From the NCBI GenBank assembly GCA_951406725.2, contig OX597819.1, positions 2,852,001 through 2,916,000 on the forward strand: a stretch of DNA of 64,000 bases. The letters are read 5' to 3'. The translations under genes were made by a program, and so were the position numbers. Below, piece by piece: positions 25,880-40,200 of this stretch. The notes below the pieces were generated by a model. That model was not told the DNA's origin, did not search any database, and saw only the letters and a program-made list of their open reading frames with translations. The stretch is from Octopus vulgaris. Lineage: Eukaryota. Within the stretch, counting starts at the first letter, position 1. Every line of letters starts with the position of its first letter.

Positions 25880-26205
25880 TATCATCATCATCTTCATTTA
25901 ATGTCCGTATTTCATACTAGCATGGGTTGGGCGGTTCAACTGGGGTCTGGGAAGCCAGGAGGCTGCACCAGGCACCAGTCTGATCTGGCAGTGTTTCTAC
26001 AGCTGGATGCCCTTCCTAATGCCCACCACTCCGTGAGTGTAGTGAGTCCTTTTTATGTGCCACCGGCACAGGTGCCAAGCGAGGCTGGCAACGGCCACGA
26101 TTGTTTAATGCTTTTTACGTGCCACCAGCATGGAAGCCAGCTGAGGCAGCGCTGGCAACGGCCACGTTCGGATGGATCTTTTTACGTGCCACAGGCACTG
26201 GTATC
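25880..26205 (-). mobile_element. RTE 3' UTR fragment with (GAT)n tail and about 3 copies of the 61-bp unit
   Basis: Similar to 53329-53640. Confidence 0.75.
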
Positions 26206-27861
26206 ACACGTGCATCTGTGTATGTGCATGGCTGTGGGTGTGTCAGTGTTTCCTTATCTTGACATTATGTGCTAGTTGTAGACAAGTGTCACTGTCATAT
26301 AAGCAGTGTCCTTTGTTTCCAATCTTCCATGAAAACATGTCTGACTATAAGAAATATTATCTTATTTGGAAATAGGTGAGAGTTGGCAACAGAAAGGGTA
26401 TCCAGCCGTAGAAAATCTGCCTCAACAAATTCCATCCAGCCCATACACGTATGGAAAAGTGGACATTAAACAATGATGATAATGATATATTATACAAAAG
26501 AAGATTTGTAAAATCCAGGTTACTACTTGAGTCAGTGTAGAGGCACATGGCTCATTGGTTAGAATGTCATGAGGTAGTGAGTTCTATTCCTGGACCAGGC
26601 TGCATGTTGTGTTCTTGAGCAAGACACTTTATTTCATGTTGTTCTAGTTCACTCAGCTGTAGAAAGGAGTTGCGACATCACTGGTGCCAAACTGTATCAG
26701 CCTTTGTCTTTCCCTTGGATAACATTGGTGGTGCAGAGAAGAGAGGCTGGCATGCATGGGTGACTGCTGGTCTTCCATAAACAACCTTGCCCAGAGGGGA
26801 ATCTCTAGGTGCAATCCCATGGTCATTCATGACTAAAGTAGGGTTGGGGTCTTTACCTCAGTCAACACTCATGCAAATACTGGCTAACAGTATGTATGGA
26901 AGGAAACAATCCTTCAGTAGGAGAAAATGTTCCTCACCGACTGAAAACGGAGGAAATATTTCATCAATCATATGATATAACAAGCCAAAAAAATGGAGGC
27001 ACTGGTATTACATTTACTCTTAGGCTGCAACTGTTTCAACAACAGATAGAGCAGATAAAGCATTTAACATGGGGGAAAACACATAACCATGAATATAAAC
27101 AGTGATTATGTAATTTTAACCTATACCACATGTGACCCACTTGTCATCTCATTGAAACCAAATGAACAAATCAATATATGGCGGTGCCTCAGCATGGTCG
27201 CAGCTCTCAAGCTGAAACTAGTAGAAGACAAAAGACATAAGCACTGGAATGAATGCAGTTATAAATACACAATCAGTGGGAGACGTAGTGTTGTGTTGTA
27301 GCAAGGAAGCAAACACTTTGACAATGCAAATAAAAGACAGAGAGACCAAAGATGCTTCAATCTTTTAATCTTTTACTTGTTTCACTCATTTGACTGCAGT
27401 CTTGCTAAGGCACCATTTTCAAAGATTTAATCAAACAGATCAACCCCAGTATTAATTTTTTTAAGTCTGGTACTTATTCTATCAGTCTCTTTTGCTGAAC
27501 CATTAAGTTACAGGGATGTAAACAAACCAATACCAGTTGTCAAGCAATGGTGGGGGACAAATTCAAACCACACACACACACATGCAAACACCAAAAAGCA
27601 TCCAATCCACACTGTAAAGTGGTTGGCGTCTGTAAGGGCATCCAGCTGTAAAAACCGTGCCAAAACCGACCTCACCTATGTTTGTGCCACACAAAAAGCA
27701 CTTTGCCACCTTGCTGGACGGTTGGTGTTAGGAAGGGCATTCAGCAGTAAAACTGTGCCAAGACAAACACAGAAGCCTGATGCAGGTTCCTGCCTAGCCA
27801 GCTTTTGTCATATCATCCAACCAATACCAGCATGGAAGGCAGACATTAGATGGTGATGATG

Positions 27862-27905
<44 letters not shown>

Positions 27906-28128
27906 GCAGTATGTTTCTTTCAGTTTCCAGCTACCAAAACACACTCACAAGGGCTATAACAGACAACATCTGCCCAAGGTGCTATGCAGTTGGACTGAAT
28001 CTGGAGGCCGTGTGGTTGGGAAGCAAACTTCATACCATGATAAAATTGGTTGTAATACTGACGTTACTAACCAGACCAGACCGGACAGCCAAATAGTTGG
28101 CTGCTCATGTAGGTAATGCGGCATTTAA

Positions 28129-28332
28129 CCTTTTAGTGTTTAAACTGGCCATATCCAGCTCAAATATCTGACCTGTTTTGTGTTCAAACTGGCCAGTTCT
28201 GGCCTCTCACACTTCACCTACAATGCAAAATAAGCAATCACATTGTTTAAATCTCATAGCTATAAGATAATATAGGATTAATTCAAAACAATGTGAATAA
28301 ATAAGAATTGCCTTTGACAGAATGCTAAAGGG
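28129..28332. mobile_element. piggyBac-type MITE, 204 bp
   Basis: ttaa|ccttttagtg...aatgctaaaggg|ttaa. Confidence 0.7.
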
Positions 28333-31059
28333 TTAAATTTGGGTGTCAATCAACAGAGTCATAAATTTACTGGGATAGTGTAACTTCAAAGAAACAGAGA
28401 TGATCAGAGAAAGAAAAAAAAAAGTGGAAAAAATGAGATATAACAGGAACGAGTCAAAAACAACATAAGAGGGTTCAGATGAAAGGAATACTAGACAGAT
28501 ATACAATTAAATGGCTTGAGCATTTTGGTATAAATTTAGTAGAAAAGTGAGTCAAAATATAGACTGTAATACTGTATATATATGATATAGTAATATAGAA
28601 ATTAAAAGTTAATAATAGAAAAATAAAAAATATTTATAATTAATTTAAAAATACAAATAATACGACTGTATGGTAAGAAGTTTACTTCCCAACCACATGG
28701 TTTTGGGTTCAGTTCCACTGTGTAGCACCTTAGACACCTAGGCTGACCATGAGGGGATTTGGTAGACAAAAATTGAAAGAAGTTCACTATTGCTTGACAA
28801 TCAGTGTAAGTTTGTTTACATCCTCTTAATCTCGTGGTTTGTCAGAAAAAGACTGATGGAATAAGTACCAGGCTAAAGAAACAATTAAGTACCGGGATTG
28901 GTTCATTGAGCTCAGCATTTCTGCTCAGTCCAATGATTGAAACAAGTTAAAAAAAAAAAAAAATAAAGCATTATACAGACTGCAATTTTGTATGAAGGAG
29001 ACAGGAGTAATTGTAATTTATGTTGCATGGAAGCACTTGACTTTCTGGGATCTAAATCAGGACTAATTAACAAACAAAATGAGTTTTTAATTTGATGCAC
29101 ACATCAGATTAATAAAACCTTTTTAAAATTCCAGTTACCTAACTTACAAACAGTGCAGGAGTATATAAATACATATACATTTATACTGACAGTATTACAT
29201 TTTTCACTGTTATTACCTTTCATCTCTGATTTACCTACACTTTATAGTACTACAATCCTTAAACGTCTTTATGAGAGGTGGCTACTCTTAAGAACTTCAA
29301 CTATAAAAGATAAAGTATAACAGAGAAGAAGGAGAGATCCTGAAGGCGCAAAGAGGTAATTGATGAAAATGCAATATGTACCAATTCTGCTCTCAATTGA
29401 TTGTGGCAGCCAGGTAGTGTTATAGATAGAAGAGTGATGGAATCATAAGTGTTAGGGAAAGGGGGTTTTGGGGATGAGATATGGGGAATGTTTCATGAAG
29501 CAAAATGGTTGTATGGACTGAGACCAGCATATACAAGCATAAACAAAATATCTTAAGACCACAATTTTGTTGTCATGTCTCAATCACACCAAAATTGCCA
29601 ATCATCTCGGACCTCCATCAATTATTCTGTGAGGCTCAGAATTGTGAGATCAGCTTTCTCTACTTCATCGTAGCTTCTGGGTCTCCTTCATCCACATGTT
29701 CCATCCTCTTTAAGCAACCAACACTTCTTAAGACAGCCGTCCTCATCCGTAAACATCACATGACTGAATCCACATAATTCTCTCTCTTGCACACAGGTGA
29801 TTTCTCTTATGCCTTATTTTTCTCTCTTGATATATTAGCATTTGGTAAGGTAGTGAGCTGGTAGAATCATCAGCAAGACGGGCAAAAGGTTTGGCGATAT
29901 TTCATCCATCTTTACGTTCTAAGTTCAAATTCTGCCAAGTTTCACTTTGCCTTTCACCCTTTTGGGGCAATAAAATAAATACCAGTGGAACACTGGAACT
30001 GATGAAACCAATCTGCTCTCTCCCCTGAAATTGCTGGACTTGTGCCAAAATTTGAAACCAATATATTAGCTCTTTGTCATACATGCACACTGACACTGCA
30101 AATCCAACAGAGCATATTAGCCTCATCCCACTGAAGTTTTTGCATGTACTCTACATTCAGGGTCCACATCTCACTGCCATGTAGCATTGCTGTTCATACA
30201 CAAGCAACATGCAATCTGACTTTCACTCTGAGACAGAAATCTACTTTTGTTGCCAACAGAGTTTATTATCAAAGCTAAAAAGTGATTTCCTCACTTCTAA
30301 TATTACATTTATTTCCTTCATGTTCAATTGCATTTAAATTTTTGGCATATATTAGGGCACTATTGAGGATCATAGGGTTACTTGAGGAGTAGTAGTCTAC
30401 TATGTCCATCTGTATAAATTTGTAGTTGTCTTGTTCTGTATGTTGGAGAACCAATTAATGGTTTCATAATTCTAGGGTTATTGAAAAGGAACACACCTCT
30501 ATTAACTACTTAGACACAACCTGCAACCTAGTCACAGGACTCTATGAACCCTACATGAAACCTATTAACCCTACACAAACTTCAAATATATAAACGCTGC
30601 AAGTAACCACCCCAATTTTATTAAGAGAAGCTTAGTACATAGCATTAGCAATAGAATATCACTCGTCTCTTCTAACATAGATATCTTCAACAGACATAAA
30701 GAAACCTATAACTCCACACTACAGAAAGCAGGATTTAAACAAAAAATCAAATACCTAAACCCTAATCACCCTATAAGCAGCCCAAATAACAGGAACCCAC
30801 TCACCAATACCACTAACACCAACCACACATCATGCACCACCACAAATTACACCAACAATAAGATAATTTTGAGTAACCCCAATGGAAACAACACCAATAT
30901 GAAAATTCCCAAGGATTCCTATACACAAACCACTAACAACAACAAAAATAACTGCAACACTAATACCAACAAACTGATATTAAATAAGATTAACAATATT
31001 AACAAAACTAATAACACAAAGTATGCAAATAAGTCCCAAAATAACAGCAGCAACAAAAA

Positions 31060-32497
31060 TCTATATATATATAAAACTGAGAATGTGTGTCTGTCTGTCT
31101 GTCTGTCTGTGTGTTTCCCTAAAACTTGAGAACTGCACAACCAATTTCATTCAAATTTTACACATGCCTTACTTAGGGTCCATGTAGTTTCATGGGCAAA
31201 AATAATGTTCAACTTCTTGCCTAGGGTGAGCCCACAGCAATATCATATCTTCTCCACTATTTCAGTATTACGTGTTAAAAGTGAAACAAAAACATTTCTC
31301 TATTTTATGTCAGATACTTTTACTTTAACAATAAAAATTAGAGATAATAATAACAATTGAATTATATGTAGTAAGTAATAATTAAAATCAAACTAAATTA
31401 AATCGTAACATACACTTTACCACGGCTTTTACATTAGATTATCTGCTAATTAGCTAGCATTAAGTATCTATATGAAGTTTGGCTGTATGTAATAGTGAAC
31501 ATCCGCTTCTACTGAGTACTGCTGTTGGTTTATTTCTTATACATAAAGGACTATAGCTTCAACAGAGTACTGCTTTTTGATTCACCATAAGGTTTGTTGT
31601 TATTATTACTGTTAAACTATTGTTATCACGTTTGTTGGTTCCTCGTAAGGGGAACGTTGTTGTGTTGCATTTGTTAAATAATTGTAAACTGTAACCCTCC
31701 CACTTTGGGAGAAGGAGCTTTGGTTATGGTTTAAAAATTGAATAGTGTCCCTGTTTGGGGAAATTGACAATATTTTCACCGTTTACACGAAAGCATTTTT
31801 GTTAGAATGCCTTTGATAGAAGAAAGTCCAAAAATGAATTTCACTGTGGCCGTCGGCGGGCGTGAACTCATTAAAATTAAAATGGAAGAAATACAAACCT
31901 ATTTCGGATTGATCACCAACAAAGATGGTGAATCTAGGATAACACCACCAAACGAAATAAAAAATAAAATTAAAGAAAAGACTATTGTCTATAAAGTATA
32001 CAATGTAGAGAAAAAAAAAGATTTGAACACCTTGAGGAAAGCACCATCGAAAAGTGTCTTGGTGCGACTATGAAAGGTATCAATTATCTAACCACAGGCG
32101 GTAAATTCGCCACAATAGAAGCAAGGTTCGAGTCAACAGAGCGTGCAAGGGAGTACTCGACTCGAACCTTGCAAAGTGGAAATATTTTATTTTTACCTGT
32201 ATATCTGGGACGTAGGACGTCCCAGATAAAAATTTAAAATGTCCCCCCAGAAGTAGATTGTAGCCACACTTCTATACAAGAGGGAGGACAAGATACAATT
32301 GATCGAAATTGCAAGAGACAGGCCTACAATTCCAGTCTGTTATATATTTTGAGTATTGTTATCACTAGCGATATCAAGATATAACTTTGCATTTTGTATT
32401 TTATGTGTAGATGTATATATATAGATGTACATGTAATATGTACACATATATACATGCACTAGCACTATGACCCGGCAACGACGGGTCATAATGCTAG
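31060..32497 (+). mobile_element. Non-autonomous Helitron carrying a captured fragment
   Basis: A|TCTATATATATATAAAAC start; 3' hairpin gacccggcaacgacgggtc and CTAG|T; its 5' part recurs inverted at 51100-51348. Confidence 0.85.
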
Positions 32498-33743
32498 TAA
32501 TAAATACACAGAATTATTTAGGAATAAAATCAGAATAGTCCACAGTCTGACTAATAACTTAGCCACAATAATAGCCTCAATGGTAATAAAAAACTTGACA
32601 AATTCTACGAAACTAGAAAGATTGTGAACAATAAGAATAATAACCAACCAACTAATAGGACTAAGCTCCCCACTAACGCAATGCCTCCTGCTAACTTAGG
32701 TACAGACTTGAATAATTGCCCCCCACAATACAACAAGGATGTAGATATACCTAATTATTTATGCAGCTGTAGGGATAGAACACAGTGCCATTTCTCAAAT
32801 AGATGCAAGACAAATAACATAGTTTACCAATGTCACGTCCGCACAAGTAACGAGACAAAATCATACATAGGTACAACTAAGAACCAAATGATTCTCAGAT
32901 ATAATGCACACCAATCGAGCTTCAGAAATAGGAATAAGGCTAACTCAACAGGGCTAAGTATATACATTTGGGAACTTAAGGATAAAAGAAATAGATTTTA
33001 GCTTAAACTTGTGTATAATCACAAAAACAACTTCCTACACCACCACAAATAGACACTGCGATCTTTGCCTATCAGAACGCCTAGCTATACTTCTGAACAG
33101 AAAATTTGAGAACAACAATTTTTGTCTTCATGTGGGCCTTTATGTATTTTCAAAATACCAGTAGAATAGCCCCTCATGTATTCACGCAGGCCTCTATGCC
33201 TTTCATAATCCCAAACATGAATACTCATCTATATAAGTCTAATTAACTGGGAAACACCTTAAACACTTACACACAAATAGTCACCCTGCAACCCCACTCG
33301 CTCCCCCACACACACACACATTCCATAATACACTTTGCACATACATAGGGCCCCTTCTAGCACTAAGAACTTCCTAAACTCTAGCAATAAAATAATTATT
33401 AACCATAATACAATTTTATACTACCTAAAATTTGATACAAGTTAGCTCCCTTCTCACCCTGTTAGAGTTACCTGCTTCACCTACACTGCCAGTGATAACT
33501 CATCACAGAATATAAACATGCAAAAAAATGTGCTTAATTAAACTAGGAGCCCTGCTCCTAAATAATACTCACCTCACCCTAATTACCCAACGAAACTAAC
33601 CAGTCTACCACAATCAAACCTTTACCAGCGAATTTACCAGTGCAAGAACAAAATTGAATGTAAGACTTACTACCTTAGTTTATATTACCATCACATATGT
33701 ATCAATTATTTTCGCATCCTAACCGATGCATCTATCTATATTC

Positions 33744-33794
33744 GCATTCTGGAAAGATTTACTTAAACCAGTAAATTCAAACGATCGTAAATGC
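33744..33794 (+). ncRNA. Relic minimal type I hammerhead ribozyme (core mutated) in the Penelope 3' region
   Basis: gcatt-CTGGAAA-gatttact/taaacc/agtaaatt-CAAA-cgatcg-TA-aatgc: helices I and II and palindromic helix III intact, three core substitutions. Confidence 0.55.
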
Positions 33795-33984
33795 TACCTT
33801 CATCTCTGCGTCTTCCTTCTATGTCACCTAATTAAGTTAAAGGCATACCAGCGAAAGCCACAAGTTTCCCATTTTTATTATATCCATTTTTTTCTCCTAT
33901 ATAACTTAAACTATGGTTTACCAACCAAACCACCTGCTACTGTACAACCTTACAAAAGACTGTACCTACCCAGGTAATAACCAG

Positions 33985-36040
33985 GATGCCCTCCCTAACA
34001 CCAACCACTCTGTGAATGTAGTGGGTGCCTTTTATGTGCCACCAGTACAGGTGCCAGGGGAAGCTAGCAACGGCCATGATCAGTTGGTGCTTTTTACGTG
34101 CCACCAGCACGGAAGCCAGTCAAGGTGGCGCTGGCATCGGCTACGTTCGGATGATGCTTTTTACAAGCACAGGTATCACAACTACAATTTCCATTTGATG
34201 TTGATGTACTTGACTGAATGGGTCTCCTCGAGCACAGCAGGTCACCCTACGATCCAAAGTAAGCACAGCAGGCCGTCCTGCGATCCAAGGCACTTTGGAA
34301 GGGCTGGGGCTGCTATGTGAAGCTGGTGCAGGAAACAGCCATGAACTCACGTGATTTGTCGGGTCTTCACAGTCACAGCATATCTCCAGAGGTCTCGATC
34401 TTTCGTCATTGCCTCTGTGAGACCCAATGTTCAAAGGTCATGCTTGACCACCTCATTCCATGTCTTCCTGGGTCTACCACTACCCTGGATTCCTTCAACT
34501 GTTTGGGAGTGGCACTTCTCACATCTCTCCTCATCCATCCATAGTACATGACCATACCAATGCAAGCGTCTCTCTTGCACACCACATCCAATGCTTCTTA
34601 TGTCCAGTATTTCTCTCAGAGTGCTTACACTCTGTTGTGTGTGCACACTGACATTACACATCCAGCGGATCATGCTAGCTTCATTTCTTTCAAGCCTACA
34701 CATGTCCTCTGCAGTCACAGCCCATGTTTCACTACCATGCAGCATGGCAGTTCGCACACATGCATCGTACAATCTACCTTTCACTCTGAACGAGAGACCC
34801 TTTGTCGCCAGTAGGGGTAGAAGCTTTCTAAACTTTGCCCAGGCTATTCGTATTCTAGTGGTGACACTCTCTGAGCATCCACTACCGACTACTTCCAGTT
34901 TCTTCCCCTGGAGTGTGATGGAATCTGTTTTCTGAGTATCTGGTGTCTGTGCATCTGCCACAAACGAAAGCTATCTTTTCGGTTAATTTTCCTTTGATGT
35001 TGCTGCACCTCTTACACATCCATAGCTTACACTGGGTACATCTTATGGAGTTTCTACCTACACCTTTTCTACAGATCGAGCAGGGCCACCTACCTGAGGG
35101 GGTGTGATGAGTTCGCCTTCCCACTTACTATAACTTTGGTCTTTGCTACATTGACTCTAAGGCCTTTTGATTCTAAACCTAGCTTCCACACCCAAAATTT
35201 CTTTTCTAGTTCCGGTAGTGATTCTGCTATGAGTCATCAGTATAGAGGAGCTCCCAGGGGCAACCCATCTTGAATTCCTCTGTTATTGCCTGGAGGACTA
35301 TGATGAATAAAAGGGGACTAAGGGCTGAGCCTTGGTGGACCCCTACTTCTACCCAGAATTCTTCCTAATATTCTCGTTACCAATCCTAACCTTACTAATG
35401 GCCTCTCTGTATAGGGCCTGTACAGCCCTTATTAACCATTTGTCAATCTCCAGTTTCTGCATGGCCCACCAGATAAGGGATCAGGGGACCCTGTCAAAGG
35501 CTTTCTCCAAGTCCATGAAATCTAAGTAGAGGGGTTTATCTTTAGCTAGGTATTTCTCCTGCAGTTGTCAAACCAAGAATATGGCCTCAGTGGTGCTTCT
35601 ACCCGGCACAAAACCAAACTACATCTCATCTAAGCAGACCTTCTCTCCATAATGTGACCTTCATCACCTGATCCAACAGTTTAATACCCTTGTATTAATC
35701 TCGAGCATCACCTTTACCCTTGTAGCAGTTGACTATGGTGCTGCTATGCCAGTCATTGGGTATGAATCCATAATGAACTACCTGGTTTACAATGCAGGTG
35801 GCTAGGCCATAGCCCACACCACCAGATGGTTTAAGCATCTCAGCAGTGATTCCTGATGGGCCGGGGGCTTTTCCTGGCTTCATACCCTTAATTGCTTTAT
35901 CTACTACAGAGCTATCTATTGGGATATCTGGTCCCTCTACTGGGTCAACATTTGGCAGGCTCTCCTCCTCCCATTCATTCTCCACATTCAGCAGTCTTTC
36001 ATAATGGCTTCTCCAAGCCTCTTTCTTTTCAGAAACATTA
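33985..36040 (-). mobile_element. Decayed RTE LINE (same family as 53198-56057)
   Basis: ORFs 35695-36084 ([12 protein letters not shown]), 34882-35124 (PHD-like), 34431-34961 (LHGSETW, RLHWYGHV). Confidence 0.9.
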
Positions 36041-36614
36041 AAAGCAAGGATATTTATTAATATGTCACATGTTTTACAAATCATACACCAGCGCCAGCAT
36101 CCACTCTAGTGGAATCATCAGACTGAGCCCTTTTAGGAACTTTGCCTCTTTTCACAGTACTATTGAGTGTGTAGGGGTGGAGAGAGATAGAAGACAGCAC
36201 AAGAGGGTGAGGTGTGGGGGAGAAAGTGAGAGAGAGTGCACGTGCGTGTGTGTGTGAATGTGTGCCCCTGTATCTGAAAGGAGCGTCAATGGAAAAGAGA
36301 AGGAAAGGAAGGAAGAGAGAAAGAAGAAGAAATGTGTTGACATCCCTAGAGCCGGTCAGCTCACTCAATAGTAAATGATTTCTGGCCCCCAGAAGTGGCA
36401 AATCCAGGAGGGCAAAATGCTACCTTTCAAAAAATTGTCCGGGTTTCCCCCTATCGCTATCTTGTGAGAGAGAGAGAGAGGGTGTGGGTGTGTGTGTGCA
36501 TCTGAAAGAGTGTCAATGGAAAAGAGAAGGAAAGAAAGAAGAGAGAAAGAAGAAAAAAATGTGTTGAAATCAGCTCCCTCAACACAAAAAGATTCCTGGC
36601 TTCCAGAAATGAAT

Positions 36615-37003
36615 GTAGGAATGGCTGTGTGGTAAGTAGCTTGCTAACCAACCGCATGGTTCCAGGTTCAGTCCCACTGCATGGCATCTTCTATTATAGC
36701 CTCGAGATGACCAAAGCCTTGTGAGTGGATTTGATAGACAGAAACTGAAAGAAGCTCGTTGTATATATGTGTATATATATATATATGTACATGTGTGTAT
36801 GTGTTTGTGTGTCTGTCCCTCTAAAATCGCTTGACAACCGATGCTGGTGTGTTTTCGTCCCTGTAACTTAGCAGTTCGACAAAAGAGACTGATAAAATAA
36901 GTACTATGCTTACAAAGAATAAGACCCGGGGTCAATGTGCTCGACTAAAGGCGATACTCCAGCATAGCCACAGTCACATGACTGAAACAAGTAAAAGAGT
37001 AAA
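36615..37003 (+). mobile_element. tRNA-derived SINE
   Basis: Same family as 52302-52760. Confidence 0.85.
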
Positions 37004-37239
37004 AGTGTATATATATATATATAAAAATCTTTAAATCCTTAAAAATGTTTCAGCCTGAACACTGTGGCCATGCTGGGGCACCACCGTTGAATGAGCTACA
37101 CTAGTATGTGAAACCACCTCTGATACATGGCACTTGATCAACAAGGGAGTTCGATGCCGCTGCCTGCATCTGTGTTTCCTACCGAGAGGTAGGTTCATCT
37201 GGGACCCCCGACAAGAAGAGATCCAGTTTAGTTTTAAAG

Positions 37240-40200
37240 AAACACACATCCACACCATGCTAGTCTCTCAGGCATTTAGGAAGGATGTTAAAGAGCTGTG
37301 GTCCTCTGAAACCCAAGCTGTTGCAGTATCTGGTCCTGTATTTTAATGGTAATGTTGGGATCTTTGGCACCATGCAGTTTTAATACTTTCAGTCTTTCCC
37401 AGTAGCTGACATGTTGCATTGAGACGATCTTCTTAGTGTAGCTTCGTTGAATTGCTTCGAGTTCTGCTGTTAACTTTCTATTGTGTGGTGACCATAGTTG
37501 GGAACAGTAGTCCAAGTGGCTGAGGATGAATGTCTTCCAAAGGACCATCAGTGTCTCCTCTCTTGTTCTGAAATCCATCCAGCTAGCTGTCTGCATTTTA
37601 TTAGCAAATTAGTAATATGCACTTGGAAAGATGCGTCATTGCTCATGTCAATGTCCAGGTCACGCACTGATTTTGACTCAGGAATTACAATTCTTCCCGG
37701 GCCAGTGTATCCGGTCTGCATGTCGTTTACCTTTGTGTGCCGGTAGCGCAGGGCCTGGAACTTCCCTGCATTAAACTGCATGTTGTTGTCCTCAGCCCAC
37801 CTGTATATTGTATCCAACTCCTGTTGCAGATGTGTAATATTTCCAGGGCTTTATATTGGGTGGAAGACTTTTGTGTCATCTGCATAGCTAGCAAGGGTGG
37901 CCATCTTAGCAACTGAGGACATGTCTGAAAGGGACACTATGAACAGCAGTGGCCCCAAGACAGTACCCTGTGGAACACCACTTGTTATTTGTTTCCTTGG
38001 AGGTGGCTCCATTGGCCACAACTGCCTGCCTTCTATCTTTTAGGAAGTTGTGCAGCCACTCTCCAAGTTTTCCGCCTATGCCGAGACCATGCAGTTTGTC
38101 ACAGATCATACCATGGTCGACTTTATCAAAGACTTTTGCAAAGTCGAGATATGTCACATCTACATTTGGGCCATTTAGTAGATCTTTTAACACCCAGTCA
38201 TAGTGTTGCAGGAGCTGTGTTAGGCAGCTTCTACCTGGTCGAAATCCATGCTGGGTGTCAGACAGCAAGTCATTTTCTTCAAGGAACATGATTAGTTTCT
38301 TGCAGACTATTCGTTCCATGACTTTGCTGATGTGTGAGGTCAGAGAGATAGGCCTATAATTTTTAGCATCTGCTCTGCTTCCTCCCTTATGGATAGGGCA
38401 TATTACCCCTCTTTCAATTTGACTGGGAGCTTACCACTTGCAAGAAAGCTCTGAAAAAGAAGCTGTAGCGGTTTTGCAAGGGCTTGTTTGCACAATTTGA
38501 GAAGGATCGCTGGAAATCCATCAGGTCCAGCAGCTGAGTTTGTGTCAATCTCATCTATTGCCAGTGTGATATCGTCATCTTCCATGTAGATGTACTCAAT
38601 TTTTGCCTCTTTGGCCACAGGTAAAGTGGCAAAGAATTCTTTTGGTTTGTTTACTTGCCTGTGTCCTAGAGGTGTAGTGAACACACTTTGGAACTGTTCG
38701 TTCAGTATTTCACTTATCCTCGTGCGATTTCCTGTGAGGGAGCCATCTTTTTGGAAGAGAGGTCCTATTCTCTGGCACACTGTGGCTGTCTCTTTGGCAA
38801 ACTTAAAGAAAGCTTTAGGGTTTGACTTTATATTTTCTATTACCCAAGCTTCTTTATCTGCTCTCTCCTTTTCATGAGACTGATGCAGACTTTTCTCAAT
38901 TTCCATTAGCATTCTCTCGAGCCGAGACTTCTCACCACTTTTGGTGTGCTTGCTCAGGCGGTTCGCAATCCTTGTCCATCGTCTCATAAGAATCTTCCTT
39001 TCTCTAGGGATCCTGTTTTTGTTTTTGTGTGTGCTGGCCCTGCACACTGGGACATATTTGTCACATATGGCTTGTATTATGGACATGAAGCATTTGTGTT
39101 TCATGTCAATGTCTGGTGTGGAGAGACATTTAGGCCAATCCTGTTTGAGGATCTCTTTCTCAATCAACTTCCAATTTGCTTTATGAAAGTTTAGTTTGGA
39201 GAGATTGAAGATACTTCGTATAGGCTGTGTGTCTGCGGGGGCTTTGGTCCTTAGATAGACAGCTCTATTATGTTGTGATCCGAGATCATTGTCGGCATCA
39301 CTTTAACATTATGGATAATATCCATATTGTTTGTGAAGCAGAGATCCAGTATATTATTTGCCCTTGTTGGTTGCAGCACTATTTGCTCCATGAAAGAGGC
39401 ATTTGTGAGATGGAGCAGGAACTCTGCCTGTGCCTGGTGATGGTGTGTCATCCCTGGGAGCATCTGTCCACCAGGCCATTCCACACTGGGGAAGTTAAAG
39501 TCACCCATGAAGAATACACTGTTGTGTTGTTCCAGGTTGGTGAGAACTTCTATTTTTGTTAGGCAGTCTTCAAACATGTCTGTGTGATTTGGGGCATCTG
39601 TGTACAATTTGAGTTTCACACACTGAGTTTGAATATGACAGCAGGACCTGGGGCGTGAGGTCATCTCGGATGTACATTGCAACTCCACCATGACTCCTCC
39701 CTTTTCCATCTGAGCATATGACAACATATTGTGGTATGTGTATTTCTGCATCCCCTATATCAGGTCCAAGATGCGTTTCTGTGAGTGCCATGCATATAGC
39801 TTGATTGCATGTCACAAGGTCTCTCAGGAATGAGATTTTCCTTTTACAGTTGCCACGCAGCAGCCCTCCTACGTTCAGTAGAAATATTTTTGTGGTGTGT
39901 GTGTTGGTGTCTGTGGTGGCCATCCTGCATCTGTTGGTGGTGGCCATATGTGGTGGTAGTTCCAGCTTTGTGTTTGTAACCAGGTCAGTTGCTGGACAAT
40001 GTTTTTGTGCCATGCACAAAAAAGATTGCTGTTCAGCTGCTGCCCTTCTCACACCTGGGTGAAGCTGGCCATTTGTTGGGTTACCGCGCACTACATCCGC
40101 ATATTGTCTTTCAGGAGTGGTCAGTGCGCTTTTTTTCCTTCTTTTATATTTTTCATTTTCTTTTTGTTCTCCCCGGGGGAGGGATTTTTGTTTTGGGTCC

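Larger units (their letters stand above)
30480..33960 (+). mobile_element. Penelope-like element remnant (RT thumb, Cys-rich linker, GIY-YIG endonuclease, 3' pLTR region), split by a Helitron
   Basis: SNHPNFIKRS..SISNRIS..SSN..IFN (30600-30750); ORF 32624-33001 C.CR...C....C...NIVYQC......YIGTT....RY..HQSSF; CDLCLSE at about 33057. Confidence 0.85.
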
